Positions 37,385-48,035 are shown, counted from the stretch's first letter. The stretch: 64,000 nucleotides of DNA from Candidatus Multivoradales bacterium (GCA_965248925.1 CBDFLE010000006.1:1952001-2016000), one strand, 5' to 3'. Notes: generated by a model from the letters alone, not told the origin. Translations and numbers: made by a program.

Positions 37385-38571
37385 CGTATCCCCAATTCAA
37401 AACGCCACCAGCGACGTATGAGATTGGAGCGGAAGGAGTATTCCCCGTGATCCCCCAGGTGAAGGTAGTGGTCGCGCCGCATGAGCTTCACCAACGCACG
37501 CAGGTTCTCGGGGCTGCCTTCGGCAATACGGCGGGAGGCCTCATTGTCGGCACGGAAGCCAACTTGCAAGCGGTCCTGTAGGTCTTCGAGACTGAGAGGA
37601 CTCTCGGCAAGTTGATCGAGAATTCCTCTGGCCACTCCTGCTTGTTCACCATAATACGGTCGCAGCCGTTCTCGGTAGTGCTCTAAGTCCCATGGATCCT
37701 GCGCCCCGGTAAGCGCTCGTTTGACCACTTCGGCAGCCAACTCGGGACTTGCGGCCTGGCCCTGGTCAGCCAAGCTCGCAACGACATGATGGATGTAATA
37801 GGGCACACAGTCCACCAGCGTAGCAATTGCCTCGGCAGCCTTGCCCTGTGGGTCAGACTTCAGCCCTTCGCCGTGCAGCAGGACCTTGGCGAGGGAGGTA
37901 GCGCTCACGAGACTGAGTGGCGGCACTTCGACGGTTCGCAGGTCATTCACCGCCGAGGTGGCGTACTCGCCATCATGCGGCCCCCTGATGACGTGATGAA
38001 GACCGATGGAGCCTGTGTAGACCATGCGCAGATTGTTATTTTTCTACCTTTGGGCCCGCAACACGTCGAGTAGGTCTACGACCGCGGCCTGGCCTTCCGC
38101 CCGGACGATCTTTTGCAGCATCCAAGGAAGCTCATCCCAGATGAAGACCACACGCCGGTCCTGATGTTTGACAAAATTGTTGAGCACTTTTGCCAGGTGT
38201 GTTTTCCAATGCGGCACCGCCGCCTGCGGCAACCTGAGCACGCCACCGATTTCTGTTCCTCCAATGGACTCCCAGAACGTCTTGACATGGGTAGCTGTCT
38301 TTGTGGCGGTATTCTGGTAGCTATGCATATCGCTGATCAGGGTCTCGACGAACTCATGGGCTCGACTAACACCCTCCACGTCGGAGAAGAGGACCAGAGA
38401 ATCTTGCGGTACCTCTGCGGCCATCTTGTTGATGATGCTGGTCTTTCCCATTCGCCGCTCAGACACCATGATCACTCCGACCTGGCTGAGAGTAGCCCAA
38501 AGACGCTCAATGAACCGCTCGCGCCCGATTACATTTTGTGGGGAGACGAGCCCTCCTGGATTGGCTTTCAT
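37381..38571 (-). pseudogene. AAA/archaeal-ATPase-like P-loop protein interrupted by an in-frame TAG at 38044-38046
   Basis: MKANPGG...VIGRE...SERRMGKTS (Walker A), VVFIWDELP (Walker B), LRAQR*KNNNLRMVYTGSIGLHHV; both ORF-track halves are in one frame; GAGGAG RBS. Confidence 0.8.
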
Positions 38572-38786
38572 AGATTTCTCCTCTGTTGTTGACGTACGTC
38601 TAATCTGACGTGCGTCAACGGTGACGTGCTTCTGCCGGAGTGTCAAGTTTCCCGGCTGTAGCGGGGCGAGGAGGATCCGCTCAGTCTGCTCCAGAGAGAA
38701 CTGATCGGCGTTGCATCCGATACACCCAACGCCAAACGCCGCCTCGGCGGGCGGCGTTAACTGCTTCTCTGCTAGAGACTTATAAC

Positions 38787-38862
<76 letters not shown>

Positions 38863-38873
38863 ACGGGGAGCGG

Positions 38874-38903
38874 AGTGTACCCAGAGCGGGGACAGGCTGT
38901 CAA
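38874..38903 (-). promoter_or_regulatory. sigma70-type promoter of tRNA-Ala
   Basis: TTGACA-18 nt-TACACT immediately upstream of the tRNA. Confidence 0.7.
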
Positions 38904-38969
38904 TTGTTGCTTGGCGAAATGGGCCGTCAGCGCTTCCCGATGGCGGGTGGGATGGGCTAAGGTCCAAGG

Positions 38970-39530
38970 ATGGCCGACGAAACCCCCGACAAGACCGAAG
39001 CTGGCGGCGAAGCTAAAGTGATCTCCTGGTTGCAGCGGGTGGGAGTGTTAGTGATCGCCGCCGCCGCGCTGGCGGTGCTGTTTTGGCCGGAGGGTGATGG
39101 CCGCCGGCCGGGCCCACCGGGACTGCTGATCGATACCACCGGCCAGCAAGTGACCCTGGGATCGCGTATGGCGCCGGTCACCCTGGTGCATTTCTGGGCC
39201 ACCTGGTGTCCGCCCTGCCTCCAAGAAGTACCCTCGATCCGGCGGCTCAACACCGACATGGCGGGCAATCACAACTTCTCTCTGCTGATGATCGCGGTCA
39301 ACGACGACCACGAGAAAGTGAAAAACTTCCTCGGCGAGTTCGGTCATGACTCGCTATTTGACCAAGGCTGGAAGCTGGCCCACAGCTACGACACTCGCAA
39401 GCTGCCGGAAACCCACTTGGTGGTGCGCGGCGAGATTGTCGAGAGCTTCATCGGCGCCACCAACTGGGATGATCCGAAGATCCGGCAGAAGATTCAGGAC
39501 GCCTTGGCCGAAGCCAACCAGGCCGGCTGA
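38970..39530 (+). CDS. TlpA/ResA-family membrane-anchored thiol:disulfide oxidoreductase
   Basis: N-terminal TM; LVHFWATWCPPC; cis-Pro loop LPET. Confidence 0.9.
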   Translation: MADETPDKTEAGGEAKVISWLQRVGVLVIAAAALAVLFWPEGDGRRPGPPGLLIDTTGQQVTLGSRMAPVTLVHFWATWCPPCLQEVPSIRRLNTDMAGNHNFSLLMIAVNDDHEKVKNFLGEFGHDSLFDQGWKLAHSYDTRKLPETHLVVRGEIVESFIGATNWDDPKIRQKIQDALAEANQAG

Positions 39531-39565
39531 TCAGAAGGTGCTAATCAGAATGTGCTAATCAGAAT
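39530..39565. repeat. 14-bp tandem repeat (ATCAGAAKGTGCTA, ~2.5 copies) between convergent genes
   Basis: Seen directly in the sequence. Confidence 0.7.
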
Positions 39566-40077
39566 TTGAAGGCCAAGCCCGCGTGGCCCATCAAGAAGAC
39601 GTTGGCGCGATCGAAGTCGGCATAGTGGCCCGAGAACTCGGCCAGGAAACTGAAGCGGTCGGAGAGGCGAAAATCGCCGCTAACCCCCAAAGTAATACCC
39701 AAGGCACTCTCGCCCTCGATCAGCGGGGTGTCGTCAAGATCGTAGACGCCAATGCCGAAAAACAACCCCGATTCGTAGTAACCGGCGGTGACCATGTACT
39801 CACCGGTCAAAGTGACGTAGGTCAACTCGCTGTCGAACAAGCCGCTGCCTTCACCGGCTTCCATATCGAGGCGGCCGGCGCGGATCGCGAAATTGACATC
39901 GCTGTCGGTAGTCATCGCGAACATCAGCTGAAAACCTGCATTGTCGAGATCGACGTCGGGCTCGGCATCAGTGGCGCCACCCAAGCCCCCCATCAGGGCA
40001 AACTTGAAGCTATGGGACTCCCGCGCCGCCGCGGCTGCCGGGAGCAATAGGATGAGGAGCCCCAAAACAACGGGCAT
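39559..40077 (-). CDS. Small outer-membrane beta-barrel protein
   Basis: Signal peptide, alternating amphipathic strands, C-terminal GLAFKF; start uncertain. Confidence 0.7.
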   Translation of the reverse strand: MPVVLGLLILLLPAAAAARESHSFKFALMGGLGGATDAEPDVDLDNAGFQLMFAMTTDSDVNFAIRAGRLDMEAGEGSGLFDSELTYVTLTGEYMVTAGYYESGLFFGIGVYDLDDTPLIEGESALGITLGVSGDFRLSDRFSFLAEFSGHYADFDRANVFLMGHAGLAFKF

Positions 40078-40280
40078 GGTGCGCAGGATTGCGCTGGCTC
40101 TGTGGATCAACGGCTGGCCTCCTTGTAGGTGACGACTAGATCTCGGGCAACGATGAGGGCTCGATGGACGAATGCCGATTCTGCTCGCTCGCACCGACCG
40201 CTGCATTCTCGCAGAGCCGGCGCCGCAGGCCAACCGTCAGACAGCTAAGATCGCGGACCTGATTCGCGTCTCTTGGGGGT

Positions 40281-41090
40281 ATGGAGAAAAACCACCGCCA
40301 CAACCCTGCCCGCTCTCCCGCCATCGGTGTCGATAGCTCATACGCGCCAGCCTGGCGCGGTGTCACAAGCCGTTTGCTCAGCTCAACACTGGACCTACTG
40401 CTTCCAGCCCCCTGCCTGGCCTGCGATGCACCGGCCCAGAGTCCACAAACCACCCTGGGATTGTGTAACCACTGCCGTCAGCTGCTCGAGCCTTGGCCGG
40501 CCGGCTGCCCCCGTTGTGGTGGCCTGGGACCACTCGAGATCTGCGGCCAATGTCGCCTAGAGCCTCCGCCCTTCAGCCGCTTGCTCAACGGCTGGAGCTA
40601 CCAGCCGCCACTGGATCGGGTGCTGACCTCACTGAAGTTTGAGGGCTTGGACTACCTCGGAGGACAACTCGGCAAAGCGCTGAGCGAACGTCTTGGCGAA
40701 GCACTGGCGCCTTGCGACCTGGTATGCCCGATCCCCCTGCACTGGACCCGCCGATGGAACCGCGGCTTCGACCAGGCGCTAGAGATTGCCCGCACTCTGG
40801 CTCGCCAACGCCACCTCCCCCTGGCGACTCTCTTGCGTCGGCGACGCCCTACTCGTGCGCAAAGCCGCCTCGGCCGCCGAGCGCGGCAGCGCAACCTGCG
40901 TGACGCCTTCGTAGTGCGTCGTCCAGCGGCTTGCCTAGGCCGCCGTCTGCTGCTGGTCGACGACGTCTACACCACCGGCTCCACTTTGCAGGCAGCCGCC
41001 CACGTTTTGCTGGCCACAGGCGCCGAATCTGTGATCGGGGTCACGGTAGCTCGGACCCCTGCGGAGGGAGGGCTGGCCTCCAGCAGCTGA
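40281..41090 (+). CDS. comF: ComF-family protein (double zinc ribbon + phosphoribosyltransferase)
   Basis: Four CxxC motifs; IPLH, RGFDQ, LLVDDVYTTGST. Confidence 0.9.
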   Translation: MEKNHRHNPARSPAIGVDSSYAPAWRGVTSRLLSSTLDLLLPAPCLACDAPAQSPQTTLGLCNHCRQLLEPWPAGCPRCGGLGPLEICGQCRLEPPPFSRLLNGWSYQPPLDRVLTSLKFEGLDYLGGQLGKALSERLGEALAPCDLVCPIPLHWTRRWNRGFDQALEIARTLARQRHLPLATLLRRRRPTRAQSRLGRRARQRNLRDAFVVRRPAACLGRRLLLVDDVYTTGSTLQAAAHVLLATGAESVIGVTVARTPAEGGLASSS

Positions 41091-41238
41091 GCAGGCGACA
41101 GATTTCCGACTCGGGAGATCGCGCTGCCAGCCTGAGGAGACAGCAACTCGTCCCACCATGACCGCGTTTCATGCATCCTGGGTTGTCGTTCGCACGTATC
41201 AGGCGTATAGTCTGGCGTCAGAAGTTCTAGGTTTAGCC

Positions 41239-43293
41239 ATGAAGCGCTCATCCACAGACATTAGCTTGCGCTCTCGGATCGCCACCCAGCGGTGGGGACT
41301 CGGGGCACCGAGCCTGCTGGCTTGGACCACTGTGCTAGCTTGGACCACTGTGCTGGCTTGGACCACTGTGCTGGCTTGGACCCCTGTGGCCAGCGCAGCA
41401 GAACCACCCAAGAGCAAAACCGAGATTGAGCCCGTGGCTTTGAGCGGCCTGGTTTTGTCTGGCAAAGAGCCACTCGAAACAGCCAGCGTCTATGTCTACG
41501 AGGCCCACACTGCTTACCTGCATAAACTGGTCACCGATGTCGGCGGGCGCTTCCTACTTTCTCGACTACCCGCTGGGCTGTTCCAGATCATCGCCTCCAA
41601 AAAAGGCTTCTTGCCCCACGTCGAGAAGCTGGTTCGCGACCATGCCGATCTGCAACAGACTCTAAAGCTATCTCTGATCCCGGAGGATCCGCGCGATATC
41701 GCACAGCTGGAAAGCTATTGGGAGGTCCGCAGCCGCATTCCGGCGGACATATTGCGCGACATCTCGATCGCCGACCTGGTCGGGCGCGAGCACCTGCTAC
41801 AGCCGGTAGAGATCGCTGGCGGAGATGGGAAGTACTCGATGCTCACCCCCTCGGATTCGCGCCTGCAAGCCAACATGATCGTCCACAGCGGCATCGAGAG
41901 ACTCGGTGGCGATTTCGGCGACTTACAGATGACGGGCGGTGGCGTCGGCCTGCGCGGCGAGATTGGCAACTTGGAATTCGATGTTAGCGGCCAGATCCAG
42001 CAAATGGAGTCGAAGGCGCCGGGGCCCTCCTTCGCCCAGGGCACGCGGCGTCAACTGGAAGTTCGCATCGACAGCCCACAGAATTCACGGGTCAGGATCG
42101 TCACTTCGGCCGCCGATCTGTCTGGGCGTGGTGAGGTCGGCCAGCTTGCCGCGGTCGATTTGGAGCACTACCAGGTGCAGTGGTCCGGGCCCACCGGCAA
42201 GAAAGCGCAGAGTGGAGTGACCGCCAACTACATCGCCGAAAGCAACTTCTACCAGACCAGCGGTGGGATTGACCCGGCCTACGTCCCCGGCGCCTCCCAG
42301 ACTCTCGACCTGGAAGCCTTTTATCAGCGCCAGCTCAGCACCCGCACCAAATTCGAGACCGGCGTTCGCTTCCGGCAACGGAGTGGACTGACTAGCGATG
42401 CCGCGGTAGGCAGTTTCGATCAGCAGATGTCTGAGGAGACCATGGGTCTCTTCGGTAAGGGTAGCTCCCAGATTCAGCCGCGGGTGTTGGTGGAATACGG
42501 CCTTTACAGCCAGTATCAAGACGGTGACCTCTCGCTGATGCCCCACGTCGGCCTGGTGGTCGATCTCGGCAATACGTGGAAGGCGCGCAGTGCATTTTCC
42601 AACCGCACACTCGATGAGCGTTCCTCGCCCTATCAGCGATTTCATTCCGCCTTTTACAGCGACCGTCAAACCTGTGATGAGGTCGGTCAGAGTTGCTATG
42701 AGGTGTCCTTCACTCACCAGGGGCAAAGCGACGACGAGATTCGTCTTGGCGCCGTACATCGGGAGTACGCCGAAACCCTGCGGGTCTATTTTAGCCGCGA
42801 TTTCTTTGACCGCCTGGAAAGCCTCTACATGGTGCGTGGCGACGTGCTACCGGAACTCCAATTCAGCATGGTGCGCAGATTGGCACCCAAGATTCTTGCC
42901 CGCCTAGAGTCAAATCTGGCCGCGGGCGGTGGTGGGATCTTTTACGCCACCGACCAACGACCCTACGAGAATTCGGTGCGCTACCTGGTGACCTCCCTCG
43001 ACACTCGCTTTCAGCAAACTTCTACCGGGGTTTTCGTCGCCTTCCACCATCTCGAGCAGGAATACCAACCGCTTGATGAAAAGGGTCTGGAAGATTCCAC
43101 CTCGGGCACAAATCTTGATATTCAGCGACTAGAGTTGATGCTCACTCAGGATTTGCGTGTGCTCGCCAATCTTGCTGCCAATTGGACCGTGCAGGTCAAC
43201 ATGGAAGTCAGCCGCGGCTCGACGCCGTATCAGCTGACCAACAATAACGAGCTATTCAAGAAACTAACCGCTGGATTTTCGGTTTCCTTCTAG
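41239..43293 (+). CDS. Outer-membrane/secreted protein with N-terminal carboxypeptidase-regulatory-like domain and probable beta-barrel
   Basis: Signal region; LSGLVLS...TDVGGRFLLSRLPAGLFQIIASKKGF domain; beta-rich remainder ending GFSVSF. ORF is open from 41158. Confidence 0.65.
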   Translation: MKRSSTDISLRSRIATQRWGLGAPSLLAWTTVLAWTTVLAWTTVLAWTPVASAAEPPKSKTEIEPVALSGLVLSGKEPLETASVYVYEAHTAYLHKLVTDVGGRFLLSRLPAGLFQIIASKKGFLPHVEKLVRDHADLQQTLKLSLIPEDPRDIAQLESYWEVRSRIPADILRDISIADLVGREHLLQPVEIAGGDGKYSMLTPSDSRLQANMIVHSGIERLGGDFGDLQMTGGGVGLRGEIGNLEFDVSGQIQQMESKAPGPSFAQGTRRQLEVRIDSPQNSRVRIVTSAADLSGRGEVGQLAAVDLEHYQVQWSGPTGKKAQSGVTANYIAESNFYQTSGGIDPAYVPGASQTLDLEAFYQRQLSTRTKFETGVRFRQRSGLTSDAAVGSFDQQMSEETMGLFGKGSSQIQPRVLVEYGLYSQYQDGDLSLMPHVGLVVDLGNTWKARSAFSNRTLDERSSPYQRFHSAFYSDRQTCDEVGQSCYEVSFTHQGQSDDEIRLGAVHREYAETLRVYFSRDFFDRLESLYMVRGDVLPELQFSMVRRLAPKILARLESNLAAGGGGIFYATDQRPYENSVRYLVTSLDTRFQQTSTGVFVAFHHLEQEYQPLDEKGLEDSTSGTNLDIQRLELMLTQDLRVLANLAANWTVQVNMEVSRGSTPYQLTNNNELFKKLTAGFSVSF
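41317..41388 (+). repeat. 18-bp in-frame tandem repeat x4 (LAWTTV) in the signal peptide
   Basis: CTGGCTTGGACCACTGTG, four copies with two substitutions. Confidence 0.95.
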
Positions 43294-43496
43294 CTTCCCT
43301 CTTGCCCCGAAGAACTTGCAGATTGGACCGAACCCTCTTGGTTCTGGTGGGGTCGATGAGTTTTGCAAAAGAACCCGCCGTCTTTTTGAATCCAGCCTTC
43401 TGTATGGCATTCACTAGATTGGAGGTTGTTCCCCCCAAAGATCGGCCAGGCCCAGCAATACGGTGTTTCCTTTGGCTATCCAATTCCTTGGGGTGA

Positions 43497-43512
43497 TGGC
43501 ATAAAACCTGCA
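43497..43512 (+). promoter_or_regulatory. Putative sigma54 promoter upstream of the HK/NtrC pair
   Basis: TGGCATAAAACCTGCA with GG-N10-GC spacing, ending 23 nt before the ATG. Confidence 0.6.
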
Positions 43513-43535
43513 CATCGCCTGGGCAGGGAGAGGAA

Positions 43536-46376
43536 ATGCACGCAGCGCCACAAATCACCGCCAGCCACCGGGAGATGACCACCAGCCGGTTGATCGCCAT
43601 CGGCTTCGCGCTGCTGCTCGCAATCGGCCTGGCGGCCCTCGGTACGCTGAGCTTCGAACGCCGAGTAAACGGCTTTCAGCCGCTGGGCTTTAGTGTCGAG
43701 CACGGTAGCGGCAAGCACAGCGGCCAGCCTTGGCGAATCCTGACTGTCGACAGCACCCCAAGCGAGCTGCAGCCTGGCGATCTCCTACTGCTGGTCAATG
43801 GCACCCGACCGCAGAGTTACGACCATCTGGCAACCTTGGTGACCAGCCAGCCGCAGAGTGAGATTCTGGTGCAGCGAGGCGCAGGACGAGCACCGACGAT
43901 CCGCTATCAACGCCCGGCGCTAAACATCGACTTCGCCTACTTGCTGCTGACCGCGAGCGGGCTCTTGTACCTACTGATCGGCCTCTACACCGCGCTGCGG
44001 GGCAGCGGGGCCACCGTTCGTATTTTCTACCTTTGGTGCTTGGCGGCGGCGGCCTATTTCATCTTGTCGCCGCGGCTTGGCCCGCCGGACCGAGCCGACC
44101 AAGCGATCTTGCTGGTCGAGCAGTTGGCGCGACTCCTCTTGCCGGCTCTGACCCTGCATCTATTTCTGGTCTTTCCCAACCGCCCGGCAATCACCTGGCT
44201 GCGCCGGGCGACGCCATTTCTCTACCTGCCAGCGGCTCTGCTGACCGCCTTGCATAGCGACTTGTTTTTCTTTCAAGGACGCTATTTCGCAGGCTCTCTT
44301 TCGGCAGCGAAACTGCAACTATTAGACCGGATTGACCTGCTGCTGCTAGTGGCATTCACCGCGCTGGCGGTGATCGTGCTGGCCTTTCGCCGGGCGCGCC
44401 AGAAAGGCTGGGAAGCCCGCCGGCAAATGCAGTGGATGGCGATCGGCCTGGTGACCGGTTACGGACCGTTCCTAGTCCTCTATGTCGCCCCGTGGAGCCT
44501 GGGACTCTCCTGGCCCGGCTGGACCAGCACTTTGGCGGTTCTCTTCCTCGGCTTGGTACCGGTGACTTTCGCCTGGGCCATTCTGCGCTACAAACTGCTC
44601 GAGATCGGCAGCATCGTTCGCCAGAGCGTGGCCTTGACCTTGGCCGCCATCGCCGGTCTGTTTACTTTTGCACTGCTGCAGCTCGGACTGGAACGGGCGC
44701 TGTCAGATTCTCAAGAGCTGGCCCGTAACCTACTGACCTTCTCTGGCGGCCTGGCCATTGCCGGCGTATTATTGCCACTTCGCTCGGCGGTTTCAGCCGG
44801 CCTCGAGAGGCTCCAGTACGGCAACCACCTAGGCTCACGACGAGCCCTTCACGAACTTGGCCGTGAGTTGCTCGGTGAGCACCAATTAGCCCAGCTGGCA
44901 CCACGCCTGGTCGACAGCCTGGCCAGCGGACTCGCCGTCGAACCGGTGGAGCTTTACTTGAAGAACGCCGCCGGTGAATTCGTGGCCTCGGCACCGCAGG
45001 CCGATTTATCTCGCCTACCCCGAGGATCCTTCACCGGCCGATTTTGGAACTGTGAAGTCGACAGCCTCTCTCCGGTCGAGCTTTCAGAGGGCGAGCTAAC
45101 CAGCACGCAAGAACTGTTCTTACTTGGTTTCCGGTATGCCTTTCCTCTGCTCACCCGCCATCCCGATGGAGATCCGAACCCGATCGGGGTACTAGTCACC
45201 GGCTACCACACCGACCAAGAGCCGCTGTCGAACGACGATTTGAACTTGACTCGCGGGCTGCTCAATCAAGCGGCGCTAGCGATCGAAAACGCGCGCCTGC
45301 TGGGGGAAGTTCGCCAGCAGCTAACCCAAGTCACCCAGCTTCGGGAGCACAGTCGAGGCATTATTGAATCCTCTCCGGCGGGGATCGTGGTGCTCGACGC
45401 TGGCTGTCGAATCACCTCGGCCAACCGCGCTTTTTGCGCGATCGTCGGTTGCCGCGAAGCGATCGAAGGGCAGCCGTTGAAAGAAGTCCTACCGGTCTCC
45501 CCCCTGCCCCTCGTCGAGGGCGGCTCGGTGGAAGTCAGCTATTGCGAAATGAACGGCAGAGAGCGCCACCTGCGGCTCAGCATCGCCCCCTTCAATAGCC
45601 CCGATTCGCAGACCGAGGGATTCCGCATTTTGGTGTTACACGACTCGTCGGAGCGGGTGGCGCTAGAACAGGAACTGGCAGAAAAGGAACGCCTGGCCGC
45701 CCTCGGCATGCTTGCCGCCGGAGTTGCCCACGAGGTCAACACCCCTCTGACCGGCATCTCGAGTTATGCCCAGATGCTGATGCAGGGGATGACGGCGAAC
45801 GATCCCCGCCGCGAGCTGCTGAAAAAGGTCGAGCAACAGACTTTCCGCGCCTCACAGATCGTCAACAACCTGCTGGAGTTCTCCCGCAATCGGCGTCATG
45901 AGCCGCGGTTGGTGGATCTGGTCGGGGTGCTCAGCGAGTGCGTGGAACAACTCGCCCCAAGAACCTACGAAGCCGCGGTGGAGGTGCTGTGGAATCCACC
46001 GACCGAGCCGCTGCGGGTGCTCGGCAATGAAGGCGAACTTGGCCAAGTGTTCACCAACCTGCTAGCGAATGCCGTAGAAGCGATGGCACCCCTTGGCGGC
46101 GGGCGTCTACAGATCGGTGCCCGACAGCAAAACCAGCGCTTACTGATCGAGATTCGTGACCAAGGCCCAGGGATTGCCAAAGAACGGATCGAGCGCATCT
46201 TCGAGCCCTTCTTCTCCAGTAGACTGGGGCGCGGCGGCACCGGTTTGGGCCTGGCGATCTGCCAAAACATCGTTCGCCGCCATCGCGGCACCCTGCGAGC
46301 AAGAAATCGCCGCGAGGGAACGGGTTCGACCTTCACCGTCGAATTGCCGAGCAGCGACTCCGGCAACCGCGGCTAG
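43536..46376 (+). CDS. Membrane sensor histidine kinase (PDZ-like + multi-TM + GAF + PAS + HisKA/HATPase)
   Basis: LQPGDLLLLVNG (PDZ-like), about 8-9 TM helices, QAALAIENARL (GAF end), AHEVNTPLT, NLLANA, DQGPG, GTGLGL. Confidence 0.9.
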   Translation: MHAAPQITASHREMTTSRLIAIGFALLLAIGLAALGTLSFERRVNGFQPLGFSVEHGSGKHSGQPWRILTVDSTPSELQPGDLLLLVNGTRPQSYDHLATLVTSQPQSEILVQRGAGRAPTIRYQRPALNIDFAYLLLTASGLLYLLIGLYTALRGSGATVRIFYLWCLAAAAYFILSPRLGPPDRADQAILLVEQLARLLLPALTLHLFLVFPNRPAITWLRRATPFLYLPAALLTALHSDLFFFQGRYFAGSLSAAKLQLLDRIDLLLLVAFTALAVIVLAFRRARQKGWEARRQMQWMAIGLVTGYGPFLVLYVAPWSLGLSWPGWTSTLAVLFLGLVPVTFAWAILRYKLLEIGSIVRQSVALTLAAIAGLFTFALLQLGLERALSDSQELARNLLTFSGGLAIAGVLLPLRSAVSAGLERLQYGNHLGSRRALHELGRELLGEHQLAQLAPRLVDSLASGLAVEPVELYLKNAAGEFVASAPQADLSRLPRGSFTGRFWNCEVDSLSPVELSEGELTSTQELFLLGFRYAFPLLTRHPDGDPNPIGVLVTGYHTDQEPLSNDDLNLTRGLLNQAALAIENARLLGEVRQQLTQVTQLREHSRGIIESSPAGIVVLDAGCRITSANRAFCAIVGCREAIEGQPLKEVLPVSPLPLVEGGSVEVSYCEMNGRERHLRLSIAPFNSPDSQTEGFRILVLHDSSERVALEQELAEKERLAALGMLAAGVAHEVNTPLTGISSYAQMLMQGMTANDPRRELLKKVEQQTFRASQIVNNLLEFSRNRRHEPRLVDLVGVLSECVEQLAPRTYEAAVEVLWNPPTEPLRVLGNEGELGQVFTNLLANAVEAMAPLGGGRLQIGARQQNQRLLIEIRDQGPGIAKERIERIFEPFFSSRLGRGGTGLGLAICQNIVRRHRGTLRARNRREGTGSTFTVELPSSDSGNRG

Positions 46377-46384
46377 ACCGCTCA

Positions 46385-47803
46385 ATGACACCAGCTCTTG
46401 CAGATGAATACTCGCATCATTGTATGAACATCCTCATTATCGACGACGAAGAAGTCCTGCAAGACATCCTCGGCGCCTTGGTGCGCGGTGAGGGCTGGAA
46501 TCCCATCCGCGCAATGAGCGGCGAGGAGGGGCTCCGCCTGCTCGAGACCGAAGACGTCGAGCTGGTGTTGCTCGACATGATGTTGCCCACCTTGTCTGGC
46601 CGGGAGGTTCTTCAGCAGCTACGGGCCGAGCACCCTGAATTAGTGGTGGTAGTGATCACCGCCTTCTCCTCGATCGAGGGAGCCATCGAGGCGATGCGCG
46701 AGGGCGCTTTTCACTACATCCCCAAGCCGTTCAAAAACGAAGAAGTGCTGATCACTATTCGCAAGGGGCTGGAGCAACGCCGGCTGAAGCGGGAAAACCG
46801 CGAGCTGCGCCAACAACTGCGCCAGGTCTATGGCTTTGACAACATCATCGGTAAGTCGAAACCGATGCAGAAAATCTTCGAGCTGGTTCGCCTGGCGGCA
46901 CCCTCGAAATCCAACATCCTGGTGCTCGGCGAGAGCGGTACCGGCAAAGAACTGGTGGCCAAGGCGATCCACCACCACTCGCGGCGCGCTGGCGGACCCT
47001 TCGTCACCGTCAACTCGGGCTCGATGCCCCACGAGCTACTCGAATCGAACCTCTTCGGCCACATCAAAGGGGCCTTCACCGGCGCCGTGGCGAGCAAGAA
47101 GGGACTTTTCGAGATGGCCGCCGGCGGCTCGATCTTCTTCGACGAAATCGGCAACATTCCGATCGAGACTCAGGCCAAGCTACTGCGGGTGATTCAGGAG
47201 AAGGAGTTCATGCGCCTCGGCGGCGTTGACACCATGCAGGCCGACGTGCGCCTGATCGCCGCCACCAACGCGGATCTGGAGGCTCTGGTTCGCGATGGCA
47301 AGTTCCGCGAGGACCTCTTCTACCGCCTCAACGTGATCAATCTGCAGCTGCCGCCACTACGCAAACGGGCCGAGGATATTCCGCTGCTGGCACTGCACTT
47401 TCTCGGCCGCTATGCGCGCGAGAACGAAAAGCAGATCGACACCATAACCTCCCGCGCCATGGAAATGCTGATCGACCATCGCTGGCCCGGCAATGTGCGC
47501 GAATTGGAGAACATCATTGAGCGGGCCGTCGTGCTGTCCACCGGTGACAGCGTTGATGTCGACTTGCTCGCCCCGTCAGTGCGAGAACCGCGCTATTTCG
47601 ACCTGCCTTCCCCCACCCTGCAGAAAAACGGCATCTCCTTCAAGGAAGCGGTAGCGAGCTACGAGCGGCTGCTGATCACCCACGCTCTGCGCGCCGCCGG
47701 CGGAGTGCAGAAGCGGGCTGCCGAGAAGCTCAAAGTCAAGCCCACCACCCTGCACGAGATGATGAAACGCCTGCGGGTCCGCGCCGACACGCTCGACCTC
47801 TGA
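46385..47803 (+). CDS. NtrC-family sigma54-dependent response regulator
   Basis: REC; GESGTGKE; GAFTGA; FFDEIG; WPGNVREL; C-terminal HTH. True start may be MNILIIDDE at 46424. Confidence 0.93.
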   Translation: MTPALADEYSHHCMNILIIDDEEVLQDILGALVRGEGWNPIRAMSGEEGLRLLETEDVELVLLDMMLPTLSGREVLQQLRAEHPELVVVVITAFSSIEGAIEAMREGAFHYIPKPFKNEEVLITIRKGLEQRRLKRENRELRQQLRQVYGFDNIIGKSKPMQKIFELVRLAAPSKSNILVLGESGTGKELVAKAIHHHSRRAGGPFVTVNSGSMPHELLESNLFGHIKGAFTGAVASKKGLFEMAAGGSIFFDEIGNIPIETQAKLLRVIQEKEFMRLGGVDTMQADVRLIAATNADLEALVRDGKFREDLFYRLNVINLQLPPLRKRAEDIPLLALHFLGRYARENEKQIDTITSRAMEMLIDHRWPGNVRELENIIERAVVLSTGDSVDVDLLAPSVREPRYFDLPSPTLQKNGISFKEAVASYERLLITHALRAAGGVQKRAAEKLKVKPTTLHEMMKRLRVRADTLDL

Positions 47804-47877
47804 TCACTTGCGAAACCCCTTGTGCCGCGCTGCGGCAGAGCTAACTTCTGTACTTTCAACACTTCCACGCGTTGTTA

Positions 47878-47893
47878 TGTTTCACATGGAACA
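47878..47893. other. parS-like ParB-binding palindrome
   Basis: TGTTTCACATGGAACA versus consensus TGTTTCACGTGAAACA; intergenic, between convergent genes. Confidence 0.65.
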
Positions 47894-48035
47894 CTCTCTG
47901 AGTCAGGGCGCGGCAGAAGCGAGCAGCGCTCGAAGCAGAAAAAGAGAGAAAACGCAACATATTGCGGTAGCTCAATTCGCACCCCCCTACCGAATGTGAC
48001 AGCACCTCGGCTCAATCCAAGCCTCTCTAGACAGC

